The notes under the pieces were generated by a model. That model did not search any database, was not told the DNA's origin, and saw only the letters and a program-made list of their open reading frames with translations. Position numbers and translations under genes: made by a program. 64,000 nt of DNA. It comes from an uncultured delta proteobacterium (lineage in GTDB: Bacteria; Desulfobacterota; WTBG01). The stretch covers positions 104,986 through 168,985 of the forward strand of contig CAWCBP010000012.1 in NCBI GenBank assembly GCA_963793865.1, given 5' to 3'. Shown one piece after another: positions 39,193-48,809 of the stretch (its first letter is position 1; every line of letters begins with the position of its first letter).

Positions 39193-40888
39193 TTATCCTT
39201 TGATATAATGGCTGTAGTCAGCGGCAAAGTGCTTCAGGGTTGAAGTTATCACAACCGGAACCGTCTTGCCCAGGGCGCAGAGTGATCCGTCGATCATGGG
39301 CTGTGACATCTGCTTCAGGAGGTCGATGTGCCCCTGTTTGCCCTGTCCCTGGCACAGTTCCCCCACCAGCTCGCACATCTTCTTGACCCCTTCACGGCAG
39401 GTGGTGCACTTGCCGCAGGTCTCCTCTTTAAAGAAATTGAGAAAATAGAGTGCCAGGTCAGCCATGTTGACGCTGTCGTCAATGACGGTAAACCCCGCAC
39501 CCAGGATCGCCCCTGCCTTGTTCAGATCATCATAGGTCAGGGGGAGCTTTACGGACTGCGCCGGCAGGACGCTTCCCGACGGGCCGCCAATGGTGACGGC
39601 CTTCAGCTTCTTCCCCGCGCTCACACCGCCGCCGATGGCGATGATTTCCTCCAGGGTGGTGCCGAGCGGCACTTCCACCAGGCTGGGGCTGGTGATGCTG
39701 CCGTTCAATGAAAGGACCTTGGTCCCGGCATTGCCCTTGGTGCCGATGCCGCTGAACCATTTTCCGCCCCTGGCGATTATGGCGGGAACCATGGCCAGGG
39801 TTTCCAGATTGTTTACCACCGTCGGCTGTCCCCACAGCCCCTTCTGGGCCGGGAAGGGGGGACGCGGACGCGGCTCACCGTAACGGCCTTCCAGGGTGGT
39901 AATGAGCGCCGTTTCCTCGCCGCACACATACCCGCCGCTGCCTTCATCGATGATCACATCAAAGCTGAACGTGCTCCCGAGGATGGCTCCCTCCCAGGAG
40001 TCCATAGTCGTATGCCTGTCGCACCGCCTCCCTGATTTTGGCCAGGGCCGCGGGATAATGGGTGGACACGTAGATGAAACCCTTTGAGGCGCCCACCGCG
40101 TAAGCCGCTATGATCAGGCCTTCCAGAACGGCATGGGGGTCTCCCTCCATCATGCTGCGGTGCATGCCGATGTCCGGGTCACCTTCGCTCCCGTTGGCAA
40201 CCACGTATTTTGTCTCTCCGGCCGCCTCGCTGCAGGTCTTCCACTTGATGCCGGTGGGAAAGCCGGCCCCGCCCCTGCCCCGGAGTCCCGAGGTGATTAC
40301 CTCCTGGATAACCTGCCCGGCCGGCATGGCCAGGGCCGCGGCAAGCGCGCTGTACCCGCCGAAGGCAATGTACTCATCAATGCTGCCGGGATCGATAATG
40401 CCTGCGTTGCGCAGCGCGATCTTCTGCTGCTTCTGGTAAAAGGGATACGAGCCGCGTTCGGGAAGTTCCTTGAGCGGCTGCGGGGCCTCATCGGTACCAT
40501 AGGGAACAGCTTCCCCGGCGATGACGTTTTCCTCGGCATCAGTCCTGAAGAGGGCGTGCTCCTTGAGCACCGATCCGCTCTTGATGGCCTTCACCAGCGC
40601 CGCCGCCTTGTCCGCGGTTACCGCCCCGTAGGTGATCTTCGGCCTTCCCTTCTGGATGACATCGACAATGGGCTCCTGGTAGCACATGCCGTTGCAGCCC
40701 ACCTCGACGATGTCGGCGGCAAGGCCCTGCTTTTTAACCTCGGCTTCCAGTGCCTTCTTTAAAAGATCAGCCCGCCGCGACAGCCCGCAGGTGGAGGTGC
40801 CCACCTGAATCCGCAGCGCCGCCTCGCTCATCTTTTTTCTGGCTTGCGTGCCGAGTGCCTTGAGATCCTTTTCGCTTGTGACCTTCAT
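39193..40888 (-). CDS. NuoF/HydB-like NADH-binding flavoprotein; frameshift near 39990
   Basis: N-terminal 2Fe-2S (GCNGMC), GLRGRGGAGFPTG.KW, YVCGEETAL, ETCGKCTTCREG, SLCALG. Confidence 0.9.
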
Positions 40889-40913
40889 GGTGACTCCCCG
40901 TTTTTGTGGAAAA

Positions 40914-41816
40914 CTACAATTGTCTGATCTTTTCCTGCGCCCAGCCGCCGTCGCCGCATTCACCGTCCACGCTGACCATGGGTTCATGTCCGCAGCACCC
41001 GATGCAGCGCACCTTTTCCAGGGTGAATGTGCCGCCGGCTTTTTGATTGAGCTCATCATACACCCGGCCCGAGTCCTTCAGGTGGCAGGCAAACCCGTCG
41101 CACACCTTGACCACGTGCTGCTTCTTGGGCTCGAGGCTGAAGGCCGGATACGACGTGGCCACCCGGTACACCGCGCTCAGGGGAATGGAGAGCTGCTCGC
41201 TCACCTTGCCGAGCACCACCTTGGGAAGGTGGCTGAATTCCCGCTGCACCTCGTGGAGGAGGGAGAGCAGGGCTTCCTGCTGCCCCTTGTAGCGCGAGAG
41301 TATGGCGTCCGCCTTGCTTACATCGACCCCGCTGCCCGCGGCCAGCAGGTTCATGATCTGGCTCATGAACGGTTCCGGCGGCTTCATTTCCTTGACCGCC
41401 TCAACCACCATATTCTCGGTAACGCTGCCGCCCGGTCCCGCCTTGCCGGCGATGAAATCGAGCAGCTTGGGCCTGACCGCCCCGCGCAGCATTTCCGGGA
41501 TGACGCTCATGATTTTTTCCACCATCTTTTCGCTTTCACCTTCCCAGGACAGCTGGGCCGCGGCCGCCGACTCCTGGGCGGGCGGGGCGCCTGATGTCAT
41601 TCCCAGGGCGCCCATGATCACGCTTTTCTGCGGCTCGGGCAGGTCCTCCCGCACCAGCTTTTCAATGACCGCGTCGGTCACCGGGGCGCCTTTTGCCTTG
41701 CCTTCAATCATGGCAATGAGCTGCGGTTTCATTGCGTCGCGCATCGGCTCAGGGACCACCTCCAGTATCTTGGCAAACGTGGCCTGGGCCTTTTTATCCC
41801 AATTGGAAAGAGCCAT
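40914..41816 (-). CDS. NuoE/HydC-like 2Fe-2S subunit with two N-terminal helical repeats (PCP_red/DUF2621-like)
   Basis: VCDGFACH, RCIGCC; repeats WDKKAQ..VPEPMR and WEGESE..IPEMLR. Confidence 0.85.
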   Translation of the reverse strand: MALSNWDKKAQATFAKILEVVPEPMRDAMKPQLIAMIEGKAKGAPVTDAVIEKLVREDLPEPQKSVIMGALGMTSGAPPAQESAAAAQLSWEGESEKMVEKIMSVIPEMLRGAVRPKLLDFIAGKAGPGGSVTENMVVEAVKEMKPPEPFMSQIMNLLAAGSGVDVSKADAILSRYKGQQEALLSLLHEVQREFSHLPKVVLGKVSEQLSIPLSAVYRVATSYPAFSLEPKKQHVVKVCDGFACHLKDSGRVYDELNQKAGGTFTLEKVRCIGCCGHEPMVSVDGECGDGGWAQEKIRQL

Positions 41817-41827
41817 GATATCCTCCT

Positions 41828-42559
41828 TTAAACCTTTCCCTGCCGCAGCCTGGCATAGGCTTTTTCAGCGGCAGCTTGAACCTCGCGGGTTTCCTTATCC
41901 TTGAAGTGTTTAAAACGTTTTTGCGCTGAGAGGTACTGCTCAACCGGCCGCTTGCCCGGGTGATCGATGGTCAGGCGGTAGGTTCCGGCAACGACCTCGT
42001 AGAGAGGGAAGAGCAATGATTCAACGGCCAGGCGGCCGATGGCCACGGACATCTCGCTCTCGAAGTCCCAGCCGACCGGGCAGGGCGATAAAATATGGAC
42101 ATAGCTGTTGCCTTCGCTCTCCATGCCGCGCCTGACCTTGTCGATCAGGTCGAAGGGATAGCTGGGGCAGGCGGTGGCCACGTACTGGAATCCCCGCGCT
42201 ACGGCTGCGGCGGGAAACATTTTTTTAAACACCGCCGGGGTCGGCTTCCCCTCAACCGCCTCGTTGTCGAAGCAGATGAGCAGGCTTGATGACTCATCCC
42301 CTTTGGCGACCGAAAGCAGTGCGGGGCGCACCTCATCCCCGGCCCTTTTGCCGTCTTTGACCAGGCTTCCCGGGAAGGGAATGCTGAAGGGAATTTCCCA
42401 CCGGGCATGTTCCATCCATCCCCGGTGCTCTTCCAGTGCTTTATAAGCCTGCCGCACGCCGAGCGCAACCCCGCATCCCATGCAGGCGCGGTGGGCCTGG
42501 GGCAGAAAGTGCTCCTTGAACGGCAACAATTGTGGTGCGTAGAGCCCGTATTTATCCAT
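41828..42559 (-). CDS. Degenerate 2-oxoacid:ferredoxin oxidoreductase beta-like subunit
   Basis: HRACMGCG, FDNE, YVATA, SPCPVGW, FPLYE; GDG TPP motif not intact. Confidence 0.78.
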   Translation of the reverse strand: MDKYGLYAPQLLPFKEHFLPQAHRACMGCGVALGVRQAYKALEEHRGWMEHARWEIPFSIPFPGSLVKDGKRAGDEVRPALLSVAKGDESSSLLICFDNEAVEGKPTPAVFKKMFPAAAVARGFQYVATACPSYPFDLIDKVRRGMESEGNSYVHILSPCPVGWDFESEMSVAIGRLAVESLLFPLYEVVAGTYRLTIDHPGKRPVEQYLSAQKRFKHFKDKETREVQAAAEKAYARLRQGKV

Positions 42560-42867
42560 TATCCTTCCTCCGTCATGCTAATGGCGCCAAACCAGCATTC
42601 CCTGTGACAGATGCCGCATCCCTTGCAATAGTCAAGATCGGCCTCGAAGTACCCGTCCGCTCCCCTCCTGATGGCGGCATCGGGACAAAAGAGGTAGCAG
42701 AGGCCGCATCGAACGCACATCTGCTTGTCCCATTGGGGAACAAGCTCCGGCTTGTCCGCGCGCTCAAACGGTTTTGCCTTTCCCTCTTCCAGCAGGATGC
42801 ATCCAACTTTGATTTCTTTCCAGGTCTGATTTTCAGCCGCGGCAGCTGCCGGTGCCTTCTTAACCAC
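42559..42867 (-). CDS. porD: 2-oxoacid:ferredoxin oxidoreductase delta subunit (2x4Fe-4S)
   Basis: CVRCGLCYLFCPD, DYCKGCGICHREC; GTG start. Confidence 0.85.
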   Translation of the reverse strand: MVKKAPAAAAAENQTWKEIKVGCILLEEGKAKPFERADKPELVPQWDKQMCVRCGLCYLFCPDAAIRRGADGYFEADLDYCKGCGICHRECWFGAISMTEEG

Positions 42868-42926
42868 AGTGCTTCTCCTTGTAGATGATTGTTTACAATG
42901 TCGATTTGTCGGAGATTAGAGGAGAA

Positions 42927-42956
42927 AATGTATACTATGAGGTGTAATCGTGTCAA
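42927..42956 (-). promoter_or_regulatory. Candidate sigma70 promoter for the porD..nuoG-like operon
   Basis: Minus strand TTGACA-18-TACATT. Confidence 0.5.
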
Positions 42957-43027
42957 GTTTTTTTGTCACGGTAAATCGGCGGGCAGGTCAAAGCATGTAT
43001 GGCGGGATCTTTTCAGCATCCGGAGCG

Positions 43028-43591
43028 TTATTCGCCTTGAGGTATGCGGTCCCGCATTCGCCTTCCCTCTCCCATACCCATGCCGTCTCCTTCACGCATG
43101 CCCATACCCCGCCCCCGGTGTCCCCGATGTCCCCTTCCGCCCGGGATAAAATCCTGGCAGAGCCTGTGGCTCATGAAGTCGGCGTAACGCTCCTGCTGCT
43201 CGGGGGTTAAGAATTCCTTTTCCCTGAAGAGCTGGTCGATGACGGCGATCTGCATCTTAAGCTGGAGCTCGTTTATCTCACGGAGCTTCTGCTCCAGGGA
43301 GGGCCGTTCCGGACTTTCCGAGGCCAGGAGATCTGCCAGCTCAGCCCGCTTGATCATCAGGCTGTCTCTGACGGGGGCCGTCCCGGCCATGAAGGTTTTC
43401 CTCAGCTCGCGCATCCTGTCCCGCTGCTCCCGGTCCAAAGCGAGTTCCGTGCCAAAGGGGGGAGGGCCGGCCTCTTTTACCGCCTGTCTGCTGCTGTAGT
43501 TCCTCCCCCAAAAATATCCCATGGTAATGAGAGCGGCCGCGTTGACGGTGAGGGAAAATATCAGCGCAATCATGATGAATTTTTCTTTCAT
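43028..43591 (-). CDS. Spy/CpxP/ZraP-like periplasmic sensor protein
   Basis: N-terminal TM, LALDREQ and LTPEQQ motifs, Gly/Met/Arg-rich tail. Confidence 0.85.
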   Translation of the reverse strand: MKEKFIMIALIFSLTVNAAALITMGYFWGRNYSSRQAVKEAGPPPFGTELALDREQRDRMRELRKTFMAGTAPVRDSLMIKRAELADLLASESPERPSLEQKLREINELQLKMQIAVIDQLFREKEFLTPEQQERYADFMSHRLCQDFIPGGRGHRGHRGRGMGMREGDGMGMGEGRRMRDRIPQGE

Positions 43592-43600
43592 AGAATCTCC

Positions 43601-44113
43601 TCAGTATGCTTCCGGGGTCGTACCCTGATAAGCCTCTTCGCCCAGGTTAACATAGACGCTGCCGATGGAGTCGTCGGGGAAATCATTAAAAATATCCAAG
43701 GGAAGCGCCTCCGCCTGTGCCGCAACCACCTCTTCAGGATTAAGGGCATAGGCAGTATTAAGGTACAGGTTTTTTCCGAGATAGATACCCGTGGGCAGCG
43801 CGAGAAGGGCAATTAAAGTACCCAGGGCCGGCGCCGGGGTCCTGAAAATCAAGGTCATGAATTTATTGAGTAAATTGTCCCGGTACCCGGCACTTTTGAT
43901 GGTTGCCAGGACACCCGGTGCAATATCCTTGAAATGCTCATCCGGAAGGGGTGTGCCCAGCAACTCCCAGGCCGCGCCCAGATCCGCAGCCTCCCTGCTG
44001 CACAAGGGGCAGTCGGCGAGGTGCGCTTTCACTTCCCGGGCGCGTTCCTCTGCCAGCTGCCCGGTCAGGAAGGACATGAGATTTTTTCTTGATTTTTTAC
44101 AGGACCGTTTCAT
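43601..44113 (-). CDS. Zinc-finger anti-sigma factor
   Basis: HLADCPLC plus TM segment. Confidence 0.85.
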   Translation of the reverse strand: MKRSCKKSRKNLMSFLTGQLAEERAREVKAHLADCPLCSREAADLGAAWELLGTPLPDEHFKDIAPGVLATIKSAGYRDNLLNKFMTLIFRTPAPALGTLIALLALPTGIYLGKNLYLNTAYALNPEEVVAAQAEALPLDIFNDFPDDSIGSVYVNLGEEAYQGTTPEAY

Positions 44114-44173
44114 GATTAGTGCTCCTCATGATATAACACCGCGCGCCGGCAAAAACTTGCTTGGGTGGTCTGC

Positions 44174-44785
44174 CTAGGGTGTTTTATAGGGCTGCAGCAT
44201 CTCCTTGAGCGTGCTCATGGCGCGAAAGATCAGGGACTCAACTGCCGACAGCGAACATCCCAGCGACCGGGCGATTTCCCCGTAGGACAGTCCCTCAAAG
44301 CGGAAGAGAATAACCGCCATGCGCTGCCTGTCCGGGAGCTGGGCCAGGGCCCTCTGAACCGCGGCCTTCACCTCCTCCTGCTGAAGCCGCTTCTCGGGGG
44401 CCTCCTGCCCCGCGCCTTTCTGAGACGTGTCGGGCATGTCCGTTTCTGACAGGGACGGATCTAAGCCGATGTCGTATTTGTGCTTCTTTTGACGGCGGTG
44501 GAAGTTGAGACAGTGGTTGGTGACCACTTTGTAAAGCCAGGTTTTGAACTGCGCCCGCGGGGTATAACTTCCCGACCCCCGGTATATTTTAAGAAAAATG
44601 TCCTGTGCCAGGTCTTCCGCTTCATGGTGCTGCCCGGTGTAGCGGTAGATCATGCGCATGACGCTTCCCTGGTGTTTTTCCATTAAAATTCTGAAAGCGC
44701 CGGTGTCGCCCGATCCCGTTCTGATCATGAGCTGATTGTCGGGATCAGAAAGATAGTTTTCCTTATCGTGCCGTGTCCATTTCAC
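44174..44785 (-). CDS. ECF RNA polymerase sigma factor
   Basis: AEDLAQDIF, FKTWLY, LSYGEIA..AVESLIFRA. Confidence 0.93.
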   Translation of the reverse strand: MKWTRHDKENYLSDPDNQLMIRTGSGDTGAFRILMEKHQGSVMRMIYRYTGQHHEAEDLAQDIFLKIYRGSGSYTPRAQFKTWLYKVVTNHCLNFHRRQKKHKYDIGLDPSLSETDMPDTSQKGAGQEAPEKRLQQEEVKAAVQRALAQLPDRQRMAVILFRFEGLSYGEIARSLGCSLSAVESLIFRAMSTLKEMLQPYKTP

Positions 44786-45410
44786 TTAACCGGGCGATAG
44801 CCTCCATGATGGTGCTGGTGAATGTTTTTGCGTCACCCGCCTGCGCTGCATAAAGAGGGGTTCCGATGGCAATTTTTACCCTCCGTCTCACCTTCTCCCT
44901 TCCGTACCTGATACCAACGGGTATGAAGGGAATGGGTGCCGGGGAATCGTCCCTCTCCTGGAATTTAAGCACCATGCCGATCAGCCGTGACTTGCCCCTC
45001 CCCACCGCCCCGCGGTAGTAGGTGCCTTCGGGAAAGATGACCACCCACCCTCCCGTTTTGAGAAGATGGTCCAGGTATCTGAAGGAATCCAGGGTTTTTA
45101 TCGGCGCCTGCCGGTCGAGGGGGATGCCTCCGAGCGCGAGTAAAAAACGGCTGATCAGCGGTCTCCTGAAAAGTTCCTGCTTGGCGACATAGTTGAGCCG
45201 CACATCGGAGAAGGCGAGACCGACGAGCGGGATATCCGTCCAGTACTGGTGTTTGGGGAGAATGACGGCGGGCCCGGCAGCGGGCAGGTTGTTTCTTCCG
45301 CTCACTTCAAGGCGGTACAACATTTTGCACCAGCAGGGAACCACCACTTTCATAAGGCCGTAGAGCGCGGTTCTCGCGGGGGAGCCGGGCGGGATAAAAT
45401 GTACTGTCAT
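44763..45410 (-). CDS. Lysophospholipid acyltransferase (PlsC-like)
   Basis: KHQYWTD (HxxxxD), AKQELF, FPEGT. Confidence 0.9.
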   Translation of the reverse strand: MTVHFIPPGSPARTALYGLMKVVVPCWCKMLYRLEVSGRNNLPAAGPAVILPKHQYWTDIPLVGLAFSDVRLNYVAKQELFRRPLISRFLLALGGIPLDRQAPIKTLDSFRYLDHLLKTGGWVVIFPEGTYYRGAVGRGKSRLIGMVLKFQERDDSPAPIPFIPVGIRYGREKVRRRVKIAIGTPLYAAQAGDAKTFTSTIMEAIARLSEMDTAR

Positions 45411-45480
45411 CTGTTTGGTTCCCTTCTCTTGACTTTGATGCTAAAACCATTTATGTATGCATGTCAAGGAAATGTTTGAC

Positions 45481-45509
45481 TTGATTCTTGCCGGGATTTT
45501 TTCTATACT
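45481..45509 (+). promoter_or_regulatory. Candidate sigma70 promoter for hrcA
   Basis: TTGATT-17-TATACT. Confidence 0.55.
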
Positions 45510-45629
45510 ATTTATACACATAGTGTGCAGGTTTCCGGTGCCCCTGCAAAAAAGTGACGATTTATTAAATAATTGCCGGTATTTTTTCCGGCGGCGGGGC
45601 GGCGGTCAACGTGCAGGGAGTGATGGAAC

Positions 45630-46679
45630 ATGGAAGAGTTTCTGCTGGGCGATCGTGACAGGCAGATCCTGACATCAGTGATCAATGAATACATACTGAC
45701 CGCGGAGCCGGTTGGGTCGCGCAATATCGCCAGACGATATGACATCAACCTGAGCTCCGCCACCATAAGAAATGTCATGTCCGATTTGGAAGAAATGGGT
45801 TTCCTCCATCAGCCGCACACCTCAGCCGGACGGATTCCCACCGAAAGGGCGCTCCGCTTCTACGTGGACAGCATTTTGAAGGTAAAGAGCCTGGATCAGC
45901 GGGAGAAGGACCGCATCCGGAAGCGGTATAAATTTTCCGAGCTGGAGGCGTCCGACCTTGTCCGGCAGACATCGGAGGTGCTCTCGGTGCTTTCCCGCCA
46001 CGTCAGCATTGTCTCGGCGCCCAAGCTGGTGGGAACGGTTCTCAAGCACATCGAGTTCATCAAGATAAGCAGGGACCGCATTCTGGTTATTTTTGTTTCC
46101 CAGTCGGGGTTTGTGCAGAACCGGATCATAGAAGACAGGGACGATATTTCCCAGTCGGAGCTGGACAAGTATACCAACTACCTGGGGGAGGTCCTGGTGG
46201 GGGTGAGCCTGGAGGGGGTGCGCGGGAAGATTGAAGAGGAGATGAAAAAGGAAAAGACGGCCTACGACCGGCTGCTCTCAAATGCGCTGGAATTAACCCG
46301 GAAGGTGTTCGGCAAGGAAAAAGATCCGGAACTCTTCATGGAGGGCCAGGTCAATCTCCTGGAATGCCCGGAGTTTTCCGAGGTGGGCAGCATGAAATTG
46401 CTCCTGCAGGCCCTTGAAGAAAAGAAGCTGCTCCTGCATCTTCTGGACAAGACCATGGATGCCGAGGGCATTCAAATCTTTATCGGATCCGAGGTGCCGG
46501 TCTCGGAAATGCAAACCCTGAGCGTCATCACCTCTCCCTACCGGCATGGTGAAAAGGTGGTGGGCGCGCTGGGTATTATCGGGCCCACCCGGATGAACTA
46601 TCTCAAGCTCATACCCATTGTTGAGTATTCTGCCCAGCTGCTTACCGAGTTCCTCAACGGCAAGGGCAGCGAGCTATAA
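45630..46679 (+). CDS. hrcA: Heat-inducible transcription repressor
   Basis: EPVGS, SSATIRN.M.DLE, QPHTSAGRIPT, GIIGPTRMNY. Confidence 0.96.
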   Translation: MEEFLLGDRDRQILTSVINEYILTAEPVGSRNIARRYDINLSSATIRNVMSDLEEMGFLHQPHTSAGRIPTERALRFYVDSILKVKSLDQREKDRIRKRYKFSELEASDLVRQTSEVLSVLSRHVSIVSAPKLVGTVLKHIEFIKISRDRILVIFVSQSGFVQNRIIEDRDDISQSELDKYTNYLGEVLVGVSLEGVRGKIEEEMKKEKTAYDRLLSNALELTRKVFGKEKDPELFMEGQVNLLECPEFSEVGSMKLLLQALEEKKLLLHLLDKTMDAEGIQIFIGSEVPVSEMQTLSVITSPYRHGEKVVGALGIIGPTRMNYLKLIPIVEYSAQLLTEFLNGKGSEL

Positions 46680-46698
46680 TATATATAAGGAGTGCCGT

Positions 46699-47307
46699 AT
46701 GACCAGGAAAAAGCATGATCCCGAAGTTGATGGAACGCCGGCAGGCGGGGAAGCAGGCGCCGCCGCGCCGACGGGCGGGCCGGAGGGTGAGGATGCCGGC
46801 GCTCACGGCAAGCGGGCGACCATAAAGAAGCTGGAGGAGGAACTGAAGGCCGGGGAGGAGGAGATTAAAAGCCTCAATGACCGGCTGCTCAGGACCCTCG
46901 CGGAGTTTGAAAATTTCAAGAAGCGGGCCGCCCGGGAAAAAAGCGAGCTGCTGCAATATGCCAATGATGAGATGAGCAAGGAGATGCTGCGGACGGTGGA
47001 CAACCTTGAGAATGCCATCCGGCACGCCCGGGAAGGCAGCCAGGCGGAGAGCATCATCGAAGGTGTTGAGATGACCCTGAAGCAGCTGCTCAAGAGCCTG
47101 GAACGGTTCGGCGTATCCGGCTTCAATTCCCTGGGAGAGAAGTTTGATCCCAACAGGCACGAGGCGATGCTGCAGGTGGAGAGCGCGGACCATGAGCCCA
47201 ACACCATAATCGATGAGGCGCAGAAAGGATACTTCCTGCGCGAACGGCTGCTGCGCCCGGCCCAGGTCACGGTGTCACGGGAGCCGCAGGAGGCGGCGGA
47301 GGAATAG
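46699..47307 (+). CDS. grpE: Nucleotide exchange factor GrpE
   Basis: AEFENFKKR, DNLE.A, FDPNRHEAM, KGY...RLLRPA.V. Confidence 0.95.
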   Translation: MTRKKHDPEVDGTPAGGEAGAAAPTGGPEGEDAGAHGKRATIKKLEEELKAGEEEIKSLNDRLLRTLAEFENFKKRAAREKSELLQYANDEMSKEMLRTVDNLENAIRHAREGSQAESIIEGVEMTLKQLLKSLERFGVSGFNSLGEKFDPNRHEAMLQVESADHEPNTIIDEAQKGYFLRERLLRPAQVTVSREPQEAAEE

Positions 47308-47364
47308 GAGGAGAAGAGAGAAGCTGTCAATGGTCCACGGTCCACAGTCCACAGGAAATGATGC

Positions 47365-47542
47365 AACCACGAAGGGCACGAAGGAAGCACAAGAGCACGA
47401 AGCACGGGTCGGAAAGGACGCGACCTGCCGCGTCCTACTGCTAAACTCTCAGTCGTGCACGCACGACTGAGAATTGAAAAGTTCAGAGCTGTTTTTTTCT
47501 TCGTGTGCTCGTTCTTGGTTTTTCTTCGTGATCTTCGTGGTT
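47365..47542 (+). repeat. CACGAAG-armed element copy 2 (isomer I), followed by heptamer tracts to ~47725
   Basis: Same ends and core as 36336..36515. Confidence 0.88.
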
Positions 47543-47741
47543 GAAAATAGACAGTTGGGATCAGGGTCAATAGACAGTTTACAGTTGATGTGTGCCGGTT
47601 TACAGGAGCCCTTTAGTAATCCTCGTTTGGAACATTTGTGCTTTGAAATTTGGATTTGTTTCGGATTTCGTGCTTCGGATTTCGGATTTGTCTTTCATCC
47701 TGCATCGTGCATCCTGTATCATGCATTCCCCGTAGAACTGT

Positions 47742-48809
47742 ATGCCTGCCACCGAGCTTGATTATTATGAAATACTGGGCGTGCCGCCCACGGCAAGCCA
47801 GCGGGAGATAAAAAGAGCCTTTCGCCGCCTCGCACTGCTCCATCATCCCGACCGCAATCCCCACGACAAAAAATCAGAAGAGAAGTTCAAGGAAATATCG
47901 GAAGCATACGGGATTTTAAACAACCCGCAGAAAAGAAACGCCTACGATGAGCGCACAGCCTCGGCGAAGCGCGCAGCCGATGATGTCGGCCGGTCCGCCG
48001 GAAGTGATTTCACCGGCCCCATACCTTCCAACGACCTGCTCAGGGATGTTTTCCGGGACATCCTGGGGTTCCCCATCAGGGGCCGACAGAAGGGGCAGAA
48101 AGGCGAGGACCTGAGATACCACCTTTCCATTACCTTTGAAGAGGCCGCGCTGGGCAGGCAGGTTGAAATAAAAATACCCTCTTACACGCCGTGCCCGGCG
48201 TGTAAGGGGCTGAAAATGAAACCCGGCAGCCGGTTGAAGCAGTGTCCCCTGTGCAAGGGGAAGGGCCGGGCAAAAGCGATGCGGAGGAAAGGCACACCGG
48301 AGGTGGTGTGCAAAAAATGCGGGGGAACGGGAAAGATCGCGCGGCAGCCCTGCGCCTGCTGCAGGGGCACGGGCTGCATGCGGCAGACCCGCATCCTTGC
48401 CTTCAGCATTCCCCCCGGCGTCAGGACCGGCTCGCGTCTGAAGGTGCTTAACCGGGGAAACCCGGGCAGCAACGGGGGGCCGGCAGGCGATCTCTATATT
48501 GTGCTCAACGTTAATCCCCATCCCTTTTTAGAGCGGGACGGCGATGATATTGTTTTCCACCTGGACATCAGCTTCTCGCAGGCAAGCCTCGGAGGCCGGG
48601 TGACGGTGCCCACGCTGGACGGGGAGGTTGAAATGGACATACCCCCCGGGACGCAGCCCGGCGATGTTTTGCGCATCAAGCACCGGGGCATTTCCTCTCC
48701 CCGGGGATCCGGTCGGGGTGACCAGCAGATCGTCATACAGGTGACCACACCCTCCAGATTAACCGCGCGGCAAAAAAATCTCCTGAAGCAATTTGCCCGG
48801 ATGGATTAG
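47742..48809 (+). CDS. dnaJ: DnaJ-class co-chaperone
   Basis: DYYEILGV, HPD, four CxxCxG zinc motifs, GDLY, GDQ. Confidence 0.9.
   Translation: MPATELDYYEILGVPPTASQREIKRAFRRLALLHHPDRNPHDKKSEEKFKEISEAYGILNNPQKRNAYDERTASAKRAADDVGRSAGSDFTGPIPSNDLLRDVFRDILGFPIRGRQKGQKGEDLRYHLSITFEEAALGRQVEIKIPSYTPCPACKGLKMKPGSRLKQCPLCKGKGRAKAMRRKGTPEVVCKKCGGTGKIARQPCACCRGTGCMRQTRILAFSIPPGVRTGSRLKVLNRGNPGSNGGPAGDLYIVLNVNPHPFLERDGDDIVFHLDISFSQASLGGRVTVPTLDGEVEMDIPPGTQPGDVLRIKHRGISSPRGSGRGDQQIVIQVTTPSRLTARQKNLLKQFARMD

Noticed and set aside
39959..39961. TGA ending the first NuoF fragment as selenocysteine
   Set aside because: Homology has already moved to another frame ~30 nt earlier, so it is a frameshift and not in-frame readthrough
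38204..41816. Calling the module respiratory complex I or an [FeFe]-hydrogenase
   Set aside because: No membrane nuo genes and no H-cluster or molybdopterin domain
45420..45630. CIRCE operator upstream of hrcA
   Set aside because: No match to TTAGCACTC-N9-GAGTGCTAA found on either strand
46803..47864. ORFs translated from repeat mosaics (also 52067..52417, 55943..56285, 17602..17904, 24977..25171)
   Set aside because: Low-complexity translations of repeats or inverted ends, without convincing starts
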